A DNA stretch of 64,000 bases from Candidatus Eiseniibacteriota bacterium (GTDB taxonomy: Bacteria; Eisenbacteria; RBG-16-71-46; JABDJR01; JAWXBZ01), in NCBI GenBank assembly GCA_034440375.1, contig JAWXBZ010000235.1:1-64000 (forward strand), written 5' to 3'. The translations under genes were made by a program, and so were the position numbers. Shown one piece after another: positions 32,074 to 41,712 of the stretch. Below the pieces are notes generated by a model that saw only the letters and a list, made by a program, of their open reading frames with translations, had not been told where the DNA came from and did not search any database. Numbering within the stretch: the first letter of the stretch is position 1; every line of letters begins with the position of its first letter.

Positions 32074-34362
32074 ATGCCCGATATGAGGCAACTGCCGGCC
32101 ACCCTGTACCTCATGGTCGGGGCGCTGGCGGTGTTGCTGGGCGTGGTCATCTTTCGGGAGAACGCCCGGGAACGGATTCATCGGGTCACGGCCACCCTCC
32201 TGATCCTGGTGGGGCTCAAGGCCGCCTACGAAGGGTTGGTCTATGCGTCGGTCACAACGGCGCTGGCTGCCACCCCGGCCGACCCCATTCTCGGGGCGCT
32301 CGGCTTTCTCTGGGAATTTTTCTTCCCGACGCTGGTCCTCTTTGCCTCGATCTTTCCGGCGGACTCCGCCTGGATGCGCCAATTCCGCTTCGGCCCGCTT
32401 CTCCTGTTTCTGCCGCACACGTTTCATTTCGTCCTGATGGTGTACCTCGGGGTTTTCGGGCGCACTGACCTTGGACTGTCGGCGGTGGCGCCGGAAGGGG
32501 GATGGGTTCGCGGTATTTTTCGGCTCACGGAAACCATCTTCGGCCTGCTCCTGTCGGTGCAGCTGGCATTCTTTTCACTGGTCAACATTTTTTATCTGAC
32601 GCTGGCCACGGCCCTCCTCTATCGCTCCTGGCGGGCTACTTCCAATCCACGACTCGGTACCCAGCTCCGGATCATCACCATTGGCCTCGGTTCGTGCGTT
32701 GGCCTGTACATGCTGGCCGAGCCGATGCCGACCCTCCTCGGCATGGAACTCGCGCCCTGGCTCCGGCAGGGTCTCGTGGTCGGCGCGCTGACGCTGGCCG
32801 TGGGCGCCATTGCCTGGTCAATCGTCCGCTATCGTTTCCTCGACACGCAGCTCCTGGCCCGGCGCTCAATTCTCTACGCGCTGGTGACGGCGGCCCTGGT
32901 GGGCGCATACCTCACGCTGGTCCGCCAGGTCCAGGAGTTGCTGGCCCGCGCGCTGGGCCGCGAACTGACCGTCATCGAGCCGGTGTTCCTGGTACTGGCG
33001 CTGATCCTGTTCCAACCCGTGTTGCAGCGGCTGGAGGAGCTGATCGATTCCTGGTTTCTGCGCGACCGACACGATCACCGGAACATCCTGCGCGACCTTT
33101 CGCGTGACATCATTTCGATCCTTGACCGGAGGGATCTGACGCGCCGGATCGTGTCGACACTTTCCGAGGGGGTCCTGGCCCGCCATCCGATCCTCATCGA
33201 CCTGGAGGCGCCGGCGGGGGAGCGGGTCACGGCCGACGAGGTCGTATCCTTAGAAGCCCTGGCGCTGGAGGAGGATTCCATCCTAGCGGAACTGCGCAGG
33301 CTGCCTCTCGACCAGGACTTCATCCATCGCGATCAGATGGCTGGACGACTCCAGGCCTGGGGAACACCGATCATCGACCTCCTGTACCGGCTGCGCATTC
33401 GCTACCTGGTGCCGATTCGCCATGGTGACCGGCTCCTTGGCGTTCTGCTGCTCGGTCGCAAGGTGACCAATGTGTCGTACACCGGCGAGGAGGTCAGCCT
33501 CCTGTCGACACTGGCCAACCAGCTCGGGGTGGCGCTCCAGAATTCAGCTCTCTACAAGCAGAGCCTTGAAAAAGCCGTCATGGAAGAAGAATTGGCGCTG
33601 GCCCGTCAGATCCAGGAGCGGCTGCTGCCGTCCGAGCTGCCGCGCATCGACCCGTTTCATGTGTCGGCCATCAACGTCCCCAGCAAGACGGTGGGCGGTG
33701 ACTTCTACGACTTCGTCGAGCTGGAAGATGGTCGCCTCCTATTTGCCATCGCCGATGTGGCCGGCAAGGGGGTGCCGGCGGCGCTCCTTACCTCCATGCT
33801 GCAGGCCTCGCTCCGGACGCAGGTTCACGTGATGACCAGCCCCAGCCGGATACTGGCCAATCTCAACGACCTGACGTACCGGTTCACCGCCGCTGATCAG
33901 TTCGCCACGTTATTCCTCGGGGTGCTCGACCCGGCCCGGCAGACGCTGACCTACGCCAATGCCGGGCACAATTTTCCGATGCGGCTGGCCGCGGACGGCA
34001 CGGTGGAAGGGCTGACCGAGGGGGGACTCCTGCTCGGTGCGTTTCCGGGCATTCAATGGACGGAAACGACCATTCATCTCGTGCCCGGGGAGTGCCTGGT
34101 GTTTTATACCGATGGCGTCACGGAAGCCCGTCCGGCGGGAATCGACGAGGAGTACGGGGAGCGCCGGTTCCTGGAGCAGCTTCATCGCCTGCGGGAGGCG
34201 CCGCCAGAGCGGATCATGGACGCCATCCTGGAAGACGTGGCCGCTTACGCCGGTGACGAACAGGCCGACGACATCACGCTCATCATCATCCGGATCGACG
34301 ACACACCGGTCGAGCGGGGGGAGGTCGACCAGGTTCCGGCGATGCTGGAAGAGAGTCTCTGA
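32074..34362 (+). CDS. membrane-bound GAF + SpoIIE/RsbU-type PP2C phosphatase
   Basis: Multiple TM segments, a GAF region (LLSTLANQ), then ARQIQ, VGGDFYD, ADVAGKG, NAGH, YTDGVTEA and DDIT. Confidence 0.92.
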   Translation: MPDMRQLPATLYLMVGALAVLLGVVIFRENARERIHRVTATLLILVGLKAAYEGLVYASVTTALAATPADPILGALGFLWEFFFPTLVLFASIFPADSAWMRQFRFGPLLLFLPHTFHFVLMVYLGVFGRTDLGLSAVAPEGGWVRGIFRLTETIFGLLLSVQLAFFSLVNIFYLTLATALLYRSWRATSNPRLGTQLRIITIGLGSCVGLYMLAEPMPTLLGMELAPWLRQGLVVGALTLAVGAIAWSIVRYRFLDTQLLARRSILYALVTAALVGAYLTLVRQVQELLARALGRELTVIEPVFLVLALILFQPVLQRLEELIDSWFLRDRHDHRNILRDLSRDIISILDRRDLTRRIVSTLSEGVLARHPILIDLEAPAGERVTADEVVSLEALALEEDSILAELRRLPLDQDFIHRDQMAGRLQAWGTPIIDLLYRLRIRYLVPIRHGDRLLGVLLLGRKVTNVSYTGEEVSLLSTLANQLGVALQNSALYKQSLEKAVMEEELALARQIQERLLPSELPRIDPFHVSAINVPSKTVGGDFYDFVELEDGRLLFAIADVAGKGVPAALLTSMLQASLRTQVHVMTSPSRILANLNDLTYRFTAADQFATLFLGVLDPARQTLTYANAGHNFPMRLAADGTVEGLTEGGLLLGAFPGIQWTETTIHLVPGECLVFYTDGVTEARPAGIDEEYGERRFLEQLHRLREAPPERIMDAILEDVAAYAGDEQADDITLIIIRIDDTPVERGEVDQVPAMLEESL

Positions 34363-34405
34363 GTGTGTGAGCCCGAGGAGATTCCACCGGATTCCGCCGA
34401 ACGCG

Positions 34406-34717
34406 TCAGGCCGCTTCCCGGAGTGCCAGGCCGATCATGATCACCACAGTGGCCAGCGTGATGAGCGCCGTGATCACCACCGACACCGCCAGAAACCGGC
34501 GCGCCGTGGGACCGTGGACGATCCGCTCCCATCCTTCGTCATCCACTGACATCCGAAGGAAGAGAAGCAGGCCGCCAATGCACATCGTCGAGGCCGGCAC
34601 GGCCGCGCCCAGGCTCGCCTGTTCCGAGGCCGCAATGGCCAGGAGCACCAGAAGCCCCGAGAACGCCGAAATCGCCGCCAGCCATCGCCATGAGGATCGT
34701 TCAGTGATTCGTCTCAT
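34406..34717 (-). CDS. small membrane protein (about 3 TM), hypothetical
   Basis: Three hydrophobic stretches; start taken at ATG 34717. Confidence 0.55.
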   Translation of the reverse strand: MRRITERSSWRWLAAISAFSGLLVLLAIAASEQASLGAAVPASTMCIGGLLLFLRMSVDDEGWERIVHGPTARRFLAVSVVITALITLATVVIMIGLALREAA

Positions 34718-34885
34718 GGCATTCCCATCGGCCGGATTGCCGCCCCCCTTTAGTTGCAACTGAGCGAATCGCACGAGTCACGTGCCCTCCGAATCGGCCT
34801 CGTGCCAGAGGAAACGTCCGGGGGATCCAACCCATTGAACAGCAGGCCGTGCCCGGAGGTCCAATGACTCAATCGCTTTGCCGGT

Positions 34886-35290
34886 GTGGGAGAACTGAAG
34901 GACGTGACGGCACCGAGAGGACTAACGGAAGAATCCACGATCTCCACCACGCCGCGTCAGCCGGGCCTTGACCTGCTCCGTCTCGTGGCCATTGTGCTGG
35001 TGCTCGGCCGTCATCTGTTGCCACCGCCGGATTCGTTGCCGGGCGGCTGGCGAATGGCCTTGGCCACCTGGCAGCAGGGTGGGTGGATTGGCGTTGATCT
35101 CTTCTTCGTCCTGAGCGGCTTCCTGGTGTCCGGGCTCTTGTTTGCCTAGTTCAAGTTGCATGGCCAGGTGACGCCTGCCCTGTTTTTTGCCCGCCGGGCG
35201 TGGAAAATTTATCCGCCGTACCTGGTGCTCATTGCCGTCACGGTCCATTCCTGTTCACGGTGGGGCTCACTCTCTTGTATCTCGGGGGCC
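34886..35290 (+). pseudogene. acyltransferase_3 (OafA-like O-acyltransferase) remnant
   Basis: GLDLLR..AI and GVDLFFVLSGFLV, then an in-frame TAG at 35147-35149, then FFARRAWKIYPPY, after which homology is lost. A fragment FTVGLTLLYLG sits in another frame. Confidence 0.85.
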
Positions 35291-35341
35291 GTTGGACCAC
35301 CCAGTGCCAACGCCCCATCTCCCTCCGGGAGCAGGCCCCAC

Positions 35342-36520
35342 TCAGTGAGCCGCGTCCTCACCCCAGAGCTCTTTCAACCGGGCATCACGACCACAGCCGA
35401 GTCGGTAGCCGAAATAATGGACCGGGTTCTTCCGGTGATAGTCCTGATGGTATTCCTCGGCGGGCCAGAAGGTGCCGGCGGGACTGATCGTCGTGACGAT
35501 CGGTCCCGACACCTTCAACTTCGTGGCAGCCCAGTCCCGGCTCGCCTCGGCCAGCGCCTGCTGCCGGGTGCTGCGAGGGAAAATGGCGGCCCGATAGGTG
35601 TCGCCCCAATCGCAGAACTGCCGGTCGTCCGTCGTCGGATCGACGTTTCGCCAGTACACCTTCAACAGGTCGGCGTAGCTCACCTTTGTGGAATCAAAGG
35701 CTACCCAGATGGCTTCGATGTGGCCCGTCGTGTGGGTATTGCTCATCTCATACGTCGGGTCGTCCATATGCCCGCCGGTGTAGCCGGAAACAACCGCATA
35801 AACTCCAGGAATTTTCTCGAAGGGTAGTTCCATGCACCAGAAGCAGCCACCGGCCAGGATGGCCACATCCTGGTTCGGTTGGTCGGCCGGCAGCATGGCC
35901 ATGCCGGAGTGCTTCGATTTCGGCGCCCGCGAGAGCTGGAATCGGGCGGCGTCGGCGCCCCGCAATTCCGGCAACTCTTCCTCGCCGGGTACAAATCGGA
36001 GTGACACGCCGTTATTGCACCAGCGCTGGCCGGTCGGGGGGGGGCCGTCATCAAAGAGGTGGCCCATGTGTCCGCCGCACCGCACGCAGTGATACTCGGT
36101 TCGGGGCACGATCATCTTCGTATCCTGCCTGAGCCCGAGCCGCCCCGGTATCGGTTCGAAGAAGCTGGGCCACCCCGTGCCGCTGTCGAACTTGCTTTTC
36201 GACGAAAAGACCGGGAGATAGCAAGCCGCGCAGACGAACGTTCCCGCGCGGTGTTCGTCATTCAACGGGCTGGTGAAAGCCCGTTCCGTTCCGTCCTCGA
36301 ACAGGACCCGCCGGGCTTCCGGCGAGACCTTGTCGCGCCAGAAGTCGGGGGTCACGGCCAGCGGTGAAACGGCCGTCATGTCCCAGGCAGCGGCGTGAGG
36401 GCCAACCGTCGGGGGCGTGTCGGCGCGCGTGCTGTTTCGGGGAGTCGCCCCGCAGGCCATCAGGAGGAGGGCGGGGAGTGTCAGGCCGATAAGCCAGGCC
36501 GGCTGGCGGTTGGGTGACAT
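35342..36520 (-). CDS. msrAB: exported methionine sulfoxide reductase MsrB-MsrA fusion (lipoprotein)
   Basis: LLLMAC lipobox. MsrB part: GTERAF, CAAC, KFDSGTGWPSF, CVRCGGHMGHLF, RWCNN. MsrA part: AGGCFWC, GYTGG, FWPAEEYHQDY. Confidence 0.93.
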   Translation of the reverse strand: MSPNRQPAWLIGLTLPALLLMACGATPRNSTRADTPPTVGPHAAAWDMTAVSPLAVTPDFWRDKVSPEARRVLFEDGTERAFTSPLNDEHRAGTFVCAACYLPVFSSKSKFDSGTGWPSFFEPIPGRLGLRQDTKMIVPRTEYHCVRCGGHMGHLFDDGPPPTGQRWCNNGVSLRFVPGEEELPELRGADAARFQLSRAPKSKHSGMAMLPADQPNQDVAILAGGCFWCMELPFEKIPGVYAVVSGYTGGHMDDPTYEMSNTHTTGHIEAIWVAFDSTKVSYADLLKVYWRNVDPTTDDRQFCDWGDTYRAAIFPRSTRQQALAEASRDWAATKLKVSGPIVTTISPAGTFWPAEEYHQDYHRKNPVHYFGYRLGCGRDARLKELWGEDAAH

Positions 36521-36643
36521 GCCGGGTTGGATGCCGCGGGAAGGCGGCTGGTTTCCTTTAATATCGGGTGACGTCAGGATTGCTGATAGGGAAACCACGT
36601 GTAATTGCTCCCAAAAGGCATCGATTCTCGTGACAGGCTCCAT

Positions 36644-37552
36644 TCACTTACCGCGAAAGTTGACTTTTCGGCCCGCGTTGCAAATGGCGACGACGGCCGG
36701 GTGACTTAAGCGCCGCTCTGCAGAGATGGCGTAGAATCGCTGGCGGAGGGTGCCGACCCGCCCGACAACCCGCACGCGGTAGCGCTTGACCACGTCCGCT
36801 TCGATGGCGGAAGGGCCAGCGAAGACCCCGACGCCGGCCTCTCCGAGCACCTTTAGGAGGGCGCTGTCGTCGATCTCGCCGACGATCCGCGGCCGCAGCT
36901 TCTGCGACTCGAACCAGTCCTCGAGGCTCCGGCGCAGTGCTGCGTTGCGGCCCGGAAGCAAGAAGGGGGCTCCATTCAACCCACCGGGAAACCGCTTGTG
37001 CAGGGTCGCCGCCACACGTGGGTTCGCGAAGAAGCAGGTGCCGGTCTCGCCAAGGAGATGACTGAATAGCTTGACCGGCAGCTCCGACCCCGCAGGGGCA
37101 TCGGAGAGCACAACATCGAGGCCGTGTACCGCCAACTCAGAGAGGAACCCTTCCAGGGACCTGTCCTCGCGACAGACGAGACGCACGGGCTCACCCAGTT
37201 GCAGGGCCGGCTCGATGAGTTGTTGCACGATCGCTTTGGGCACCGCGTTTGTAACGCCGACGACGAGACGGAGCGGGTGTCCAGCCGCTTGTCCTCTGAC
37301 GGTCTCAACAAACTCCCGCCCGAGAGTGAAGATCTCGTCGGCATAACGAAAAGCGACGCGCCCCACATCGGTGAGTACCAGGCGTCGCCCAACGCGCCTG
37401 AAGAGCTTCTCACCCAGCATCTCCTCCAGCCGTCGGATCTGACCGCTGACAGTCGGCTGGGCGAGCCGGAGCTCTTTGCTCGCTCGCACAATGCTGCCTT
37501 CCCGGGCGACCATCCAAAAGTAGAGAAAATGGTGGTAGTTGAGCCACTCCAT
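36644..37552 (-). CDS. nhaR: LysR-family transcriptional activator NhaR
   Basis: MEWLNYHHFLYFWMVAREGSI N terminus, then HGLDVVLSD, SHLLGE, GEIDDSALLK and FYAISAERRLSHPAV. Confidence 0.88.
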   Translation of the reverse strand: MEWLNYHHFLYFWMVAREGSIVRASKELRLAQPTVSGQIRRLEEMLGEKLFRRVGRRLVLTDVGRVAFRYADEIFTLGREFVETVRGQAAGHPLRLVVGVTNAVPKAIVQQLIEPALQLGEPVRLVCREDRSLEGFLSELAVHGLDVVLSDAPAGSELPVKLFSHLLGETGTCFFANPRVAATLHKRFPGGLNGAPFLLPGRNAALRRSLEDWFESQKLRPRIVGEIDDSALLKVLGEAGVGVFAGPSAIEADVVKRYRVRVVGRVGTLRQRFYAISAERRLSHPAVVAICNAGRKVNFRGK

Positions 37553-37559
37553 GGCCGGC

Positions 37560-37580
37560 AGTATACCTCGTATTTTACGA
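37560..37580. promoter_or_regulatory. LysR T-N11-A palindrome next to the leaderless nhaR -10 box
   Basis: TCGTA-TTT-TACGA at 37568-37580. TATACT on the minus strand (37560-37565) lies 7 nt before the nhaR ATG, in an AT-rich divergent spacer. Confidence 0.65.
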
Positions 37581-37742
37581 AGGATTGCCTCTAATCTTTC
37601 TTATTTTATTCAGGGCTCGTGTATCCGATTCTTCACATGTGCCTCGCGAGGTGCGAACCCGATCTGAACTTCCGAGGAGATTCTGCCGGAACCCCGTACG
37701 GGGACCCGGGTCACTTACACGTCACACGAGGGGCCAACCCCG

Positions 37743-38447
37743 ATGACCACACTACAACTCGCGCCGACTTTTCTCCTGGCTTCACTGCTGCTCTGCGCGT
37801 TGCCCGCGATCTCCAATGAGCCACGGCGCGACCGGGAACACCCGAAAGTTGTCGCTGCCGATGCATTCGCCCGTCTCGAAGACGGCAACCAGCGCTACGT
37901 GGCTGCAGAAAGCTCATGCCTCCACGACAGACAGGACGCCAAGCGCCGCGTCGATCAGGCCACCGATCAGCATCCGTTCGCAGTCATCCTCGGTTGCGCG
38001 GATTCGCGCACTTCACCGGAGCTGTTGTTCGACCAGGGCCTCGGTGATTTGTTCGTCGTCCGGGTGGCCGGCAATGTTCTCAACGACCACGTCCTCGGCA
38101 GCATCGAGTATGCGGTCGAACATCTAGGGGCTCGGATCGTCGTCGTCCTCGGCCATGAGCGCTGCGGCGCGGTTAAAGCCACCAGAGACATTCTTGCAAC
38201 CAAAGCCGAGGCGCCATCGCACATCAACTCGCTGGTTAGCGCCATTCGGCCGGCGGTGGAGGCCGCCCCCGGGACCGACCTGGAGGTCATGATCCACGCG
38301 AACATCCGATACGTGGTTCAAGGTCTGCGCTCATCCGCCCCCACTCTCAAGAGCAAGGTTGACTCGGGGGAGATCGTCGTGGTGGGTGCCTACTACGACC
38401 TCGATACGGGTAAGGTGGTTTTCATCGATGATGGGCAGGATGACTGA
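37743..38447 (+). CDS. beta-class carbonic anhydrase with predicted signal peptide
   Basis: Motifs GNQRY, ILGCADSR, GDLFVVRVAGN, SIEYAV, GHERCGAV and YYDLDTG; hydrophobic N terminus. Confidence 0.93.
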   Translation: MTTLQLAPTFLLASLLLCALPAISNEPRRDREHPKVVAADAFARLEDGNQRYVAAESSCLHDRQDAKRRVDQATDQHPFAVILGCADSRTSPELLFDQGLGDLFVVRVAGNVLNDHVLGSIEYAVEHLGARIVVVLGHERCGAVKATRDILATKAEAPSHINSLVSAIRPAVEAAPGTDLEVMIHANIRYVVQGLRSSAPTLKSKVDSGEIVVVGAYYDLDTGKVVFIDDGQDD

Positions 38448-38636
38448 AACAGAGCGAGATCACTGTGGATCGTCATGCCGGTAGCAGGGGCGTGTCTGAA
38501 ACAGCACTGGTTTCCGCGAAGTCGCCGAGGCGCGGATTCTGCGATGAGCGCCAATCACGAGGACTACAACCAGCCCACGCCGAACCATGCTCAGACACAA
38601 GGAACGCCGGTCGTGTGGCCGCAGAGAGGTGAAGTC

Positions 38637-39851
38637 ATGAACAGGTACTCAACCACCGGGACAGGCGACACTGAGATGCCAACCATGGATCTGAGCGAGC
38701 TCCAGGCTCACATCCGTGCCCTCATCACGTTGGAGGAGACTGACGCGCCGACGCTCAGTTGCTACCTGAGCGTGGGGGGGCCGGTCAACGACCCCCTGCC
38801 AGCGTTTGATCGGCGCGTGAACGCAGTCCGCAAGGTGCTCCGGCGGGAGGAACGCGAGCCCTTCGAGGAGGCACTCAACCACATCAAAAACTTTCTGGCC
38901 AATGAAGTGCATTCCGCCGCACAAGGCGTAGCGGTCTTCTCCCGGGCCGGGACGAGGCCCTTTTCCCTGGGACTGCAGTTTCAGGTGCCGCTTCCCGACC
39001 TGCTATTGGTTGACTCGACTCCAAACATCCACCACCTGGTCGAGCTCAAGGACACTTACCACCGTTACGTCGTGCTCATCACCACCGAGAAGTGGGCGCG
39101 TATCCTCGAAGTCAACCTCGGCGCCATCACGGAAGAACTATGGACCGCGCGACCCGAGCTGCGCGAGCGGGTAGGCCGTGAGTGGACTCAGGAGCATTAC
39201 CAGAACCACCGTCGCGATCGTGGCGAACGCTTCCTCAAGGAAAAGATCGAGGTTCTCGAGCAACTCATGTCAGCCGGCGGACACACCCACCTGATCCTGG
39301 CGGGTAGCCCCCGTCTGACTGCGAGGGTACGCAACTGCCTCCCGAAACACATCGCCGCCAAGCTTGTGGACACCGTGTCGGCCTCAGCGAACGTTCGTGT
39401 AGACGATGTGGTCACTGCGACGCTGTCGAGTTTCGTCGAAGTGGAACAGGAGGAGTCGCTGACCGCCGTGGCTCAGCTCGTCAGCAACCTGCGGCGCGGT
39501 GGTCTCGCTGTATCCGCTACCGGACCCACCCTCCTGGCCCTGCGACGCGGGCAGGCCGACGTCCTGGTCCTGGCCACGACATACGAACCGCCGCTCGGGG
39601 CAAGCTGCCGAGCCTGCGGGTGGATCGATGCTGTGTCCCGAATGCCCGCGGAATGCCCGGAGTGCACATCGGCCGAGCTCAGGGCCGTGAACCTCAAGGA
39701 GGCAATGGTCAAACTCGCGGTGGAACGATCCACCGAGGTCGAGTTCGTCCGGGACAGCGACACCCTTATGGATCTCGGCGGTGTGGGTTGCCTGTTGCGA
39801 TACGCGATGTCGAAGCAGGGCATGTGGGTTGGATCCGAAGAGGGCATGTGA
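38637..39851 (+). CDS. bacterial aeRF1/pelota-like protein (baeRF) with zinc ribbon, lacking GGQ
   Basis: LSCYL; GVAVFS; YVVLI..ARI; REWTQEHYQNH in place of the GGQ loop; LILAG; ALRRGQADVLVL; CRAC..CPEC; LGGVGCLLRY C terminus. Start is uncertain (38637 has a GAGGTG RBS; 38676 and 38685 are alternatives). Confidence 0.82.
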   Translation: MNRYSTTGTGDTEMPTMDLSELQAHIRALITLEETDAPTLSCYLSVGGPVNDPLPAFDRRVNAVRKVLRREEREPFEEALNHIKNFLANEVHSAAQGVAVFSRAGTRPFSLGLQFQVPLPDLLLVDSTPNIHHLVELKDTYHRYVVLITTEKWARILEVNLGAITEELWTARPELRERVGREWTQEHYQNHRRDRGERFLKEKIEVLEQLMSAGGHTHLILAGSPRLTARVRNCLPKHIAAKLVDTVSASANVRVDDVVTATLSSFVEVEQEESLTAVAQLVSNLRRGGLAVSATGPTLLALRRGQADVLVLATTYEPPLGASCRACGWIDAVSRMPAECPECTSAELRAVNLKEAMVKLAVERSTEVEFVRDSDTLMDLGGVGCLLRYAMSKQGMWVGSEEGM

Positions 39852-39903
39852 TGAAAGTCAATCTCCGCAGATCTCGTGGCCCAGTACCCAATCAAGAGAT
39901 CTC

Positions 39904-40902
39904 ATGACGCAGGAGCTGTGGCTATGGATAGGGTTCAACGCTTTCATCGTCGGAATGCTGGTGCTGGATCTCGCCGTGTTCCACAAGAAACCGCACGAGG
40001 TGAAGTTCAAGGAGGCCGCGGGCTGGAGCGTATTCTGGATCGCCCTCGCTCTCGTGTTCAACGCGGGCCTGTGGTTCGTGCGCGGCCAGCAGGCGGGGCT
40101 CGAGTTCCTGACCGCGTATCTCATCGAGAAGTCGCTCAGCGTGGACAACCTGTTCGTGTTCCTGCTGGTGTTCTCGTACTTCGCGGTGCCCGCGAAACAC
40201 CAGCACGGGGTGCTGTTCTGGGGCATCCTCGGCGCGCTCGTGTTCCGCTTCATCTTCATCATCGCCGGCATCGAGCTGCTCGAGAGCTTCCACTGGCTGA
40301 TCTACGTGTTCGGTGCAATCCTCATCGTGTCCGGGGTCAAACTGTGGCAGGAGAAGGAGAAGAAGATCGAGCCCGAGAAGAACCCGCTCGTGCGCCTGTT
40401 CCGTCGCCTGATGCCGGTGACGCCCGAGTACCACGACGGAAAGTTCTTCGTACGGCAGTCCGGAAAGCTCGCGGCCACGCCGCTGTTCGTCGTGCTGCTC
40501 GTGGTCGAGACCACCGACATCGTGTTCGCGGTGGACTCGATCCCGGCGGTCCTCGCGATCACGCGCGACCCGTTCATCGTGTACAGCTCGAACGCGTTCG
40601 CGATCCTCGGGCTCCGCGCGCTGTACTTCGCGCTCTCGGGAGTCATGCGGATGTTCCACCACCTGCACTACGGCCTGTCGGCGGTCCTCGTGTTCATCGG
40701 CGTCAAGATGATCGCCTCGGAGTTCGTCAAGGTGCCGACCGTGGCCTCGCTTGCGGTCGTGGCTGCGATCCTCGCGGTCTCGATCTGGGCGAGTCTCCGG
40801 TGGCCCGCGAAGGGCGGGCATGCGGTGTCGGAGACCCCAATCGCTTCGGGCGATACGGCCGTGCGGCCCGAGGTAGCCGAGGATGCGGAGAGCTCCCGGT
40901 GA
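39904..40902 (+). CDS. terC: TerC/Alx family metal-homeostasis membrane protein
   Basis: Motifs YLIEKSLSVDNLFVF, LFWGILGALVFR, ETTDIVFAVDSIPA and SNAFAILGLRALYF. Confidence 0.93.
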   Translation: MTQELWLWIGFNAFIVGMLVLDLAVFHKKPHEVKFKEAAGWSVFWIALALVFNAGLWFVRGQQAGLEFLTAYLIEKSLSVDNLFVFLLVFSYFAVPAKHQHGVLFWGILGALVFRFIFIIAGIELLESFHWLIYVFGAILIVSGVKLWQEKEKKIEPEKNPLVRLFRRLMPVTPEYHDGKFFVRQSGKLAATPLFVVLLVVETTDIVFAVDSIPAVLAITRDPFIVYSSNAFAILGLRALYFALSGVMRMFHHLHYGLSAVLVFIGVKMIASEFVKVPTVASLAVVAAILAVSIWASLRWPAKGGHAVSETPIASGDTAVRPEVAEDAESSR

Positions 40903-40999
40903 GCCGGCCGTTCCAGTTCTGACCGCAGGGGGTCGCCCGCGAAGAGATCCTTCCAGAGCCGCGGTGTGATGCGGCCACGGGAGGAAGAATGGGCGAGCC

Positions 41000-41422
41000 T
41001 CATGGGAGTACAGAGAACCCCTCACGTCGAGCCGCGCTCGAGAGGCGCGTGTCGAGCGATATGAAGGAGTGGCCAGTGGGGTCGTCGTGTGTTGCGATCA
41101 GGGCCGCGCCCAGTTGAAGTGCATCGCCGGCGCGGATGGCGTGGATTCCCAGGAGTCGCTTGGCCCGGAGTTTGACTGGTTCCAGCAGCGAAATGAGCTC
41201 GATGACCTGCCAATGGAACTCGGCTTCCTCCCGAGCCTGACGGATCATTTCCTCGGAAACGATCCGTTCACGCTCCAGCCGGGCGAGGGCGGATCGGATC
41301 TCGACATCGCTCAGGGTCCATGTATACACGCGGCCACCGAGCTCAAGGATGTCACGGACGTCGTCGCTGCTCGCCTGACTGACGTAAAGGGCCACCAGTG
41401 CCGATGAATCCCAGTAGGTCAT
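41000..41422 (-). CDS. vapC: VapC/PIN-domain toxin
   Basis: Motifs YWDSSALV, EIRSAL, RAGDALQLGAA and SLDTRL..AARREG. Confidence 0.9.
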   Translation of the reverse strand: MTYWDSSALVALYVSQASSDDVRDILELGGRVYTWTLSDVEIRSALARLERERIVSEEMIRQAREEAEFHWQVIELISLLEPVKLRAKRLLGIHAIRAGDALQLGAALIATHDDPTGHSFISLDTRLSSAARREGFSVLP

Positions 41423-41706
41423 TCCCTGTCTCGGTCCTCGCTCAGGAGGCGGACGATGTCCACCGGGCAGGGGATCGGCGGATTCAGTGGACGACGCGGC
41501 CCCGATCGGTGTTGCGCCGGGGTCACGATGCCCTCGCGGACCAGGCGCTCCAGATAGGCGTCCTCGCTCTCGAGCGTCTTCGGAAGGCCCGATAGGTGGG
41601 CAATGGGGACCGAGTGCTCAAGGACCTCTATGGTCTCCCCACTCTTGACCAATCGCAGGTACTGGCTCAGCCGGTTCTTGAGTTCGCTGACGCTCACTTT
41701 CTTCAT
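41419..41706 (-). CDS. Phd/YefM-family antitoxin
   Basis: MKKVSVSELKNRLSQYLRLVKSGETIEV; ATGA overlap with the toxin gene. Confidence 0.9.
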   Translation of the reverse strand: MKKVSVSELKNRLSQYLRLVKSGETIEVLEHSVPIAHLSGLPKTLESEDAYLERLVREGIVTPAQHRSGPRRPLNPPIPCPVDIVRLLSEDRDRE

Positions 41707-41712
41707 TTGGCT

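Noticed and set aside
35147-35149. In-frame TAG as recoding (pyrrolysine or alternative genetic code)
   Set aside because: The gene is also truncated shortly after, and TAG is a normal stop for pyrR, uup and others here.
39852-39903. yybP-ykoY Mn2+ riboswitch upstream of terC/alx
   Set aside because: The spacer is only about 50 nt and shows no recognisable riboswitch structure.
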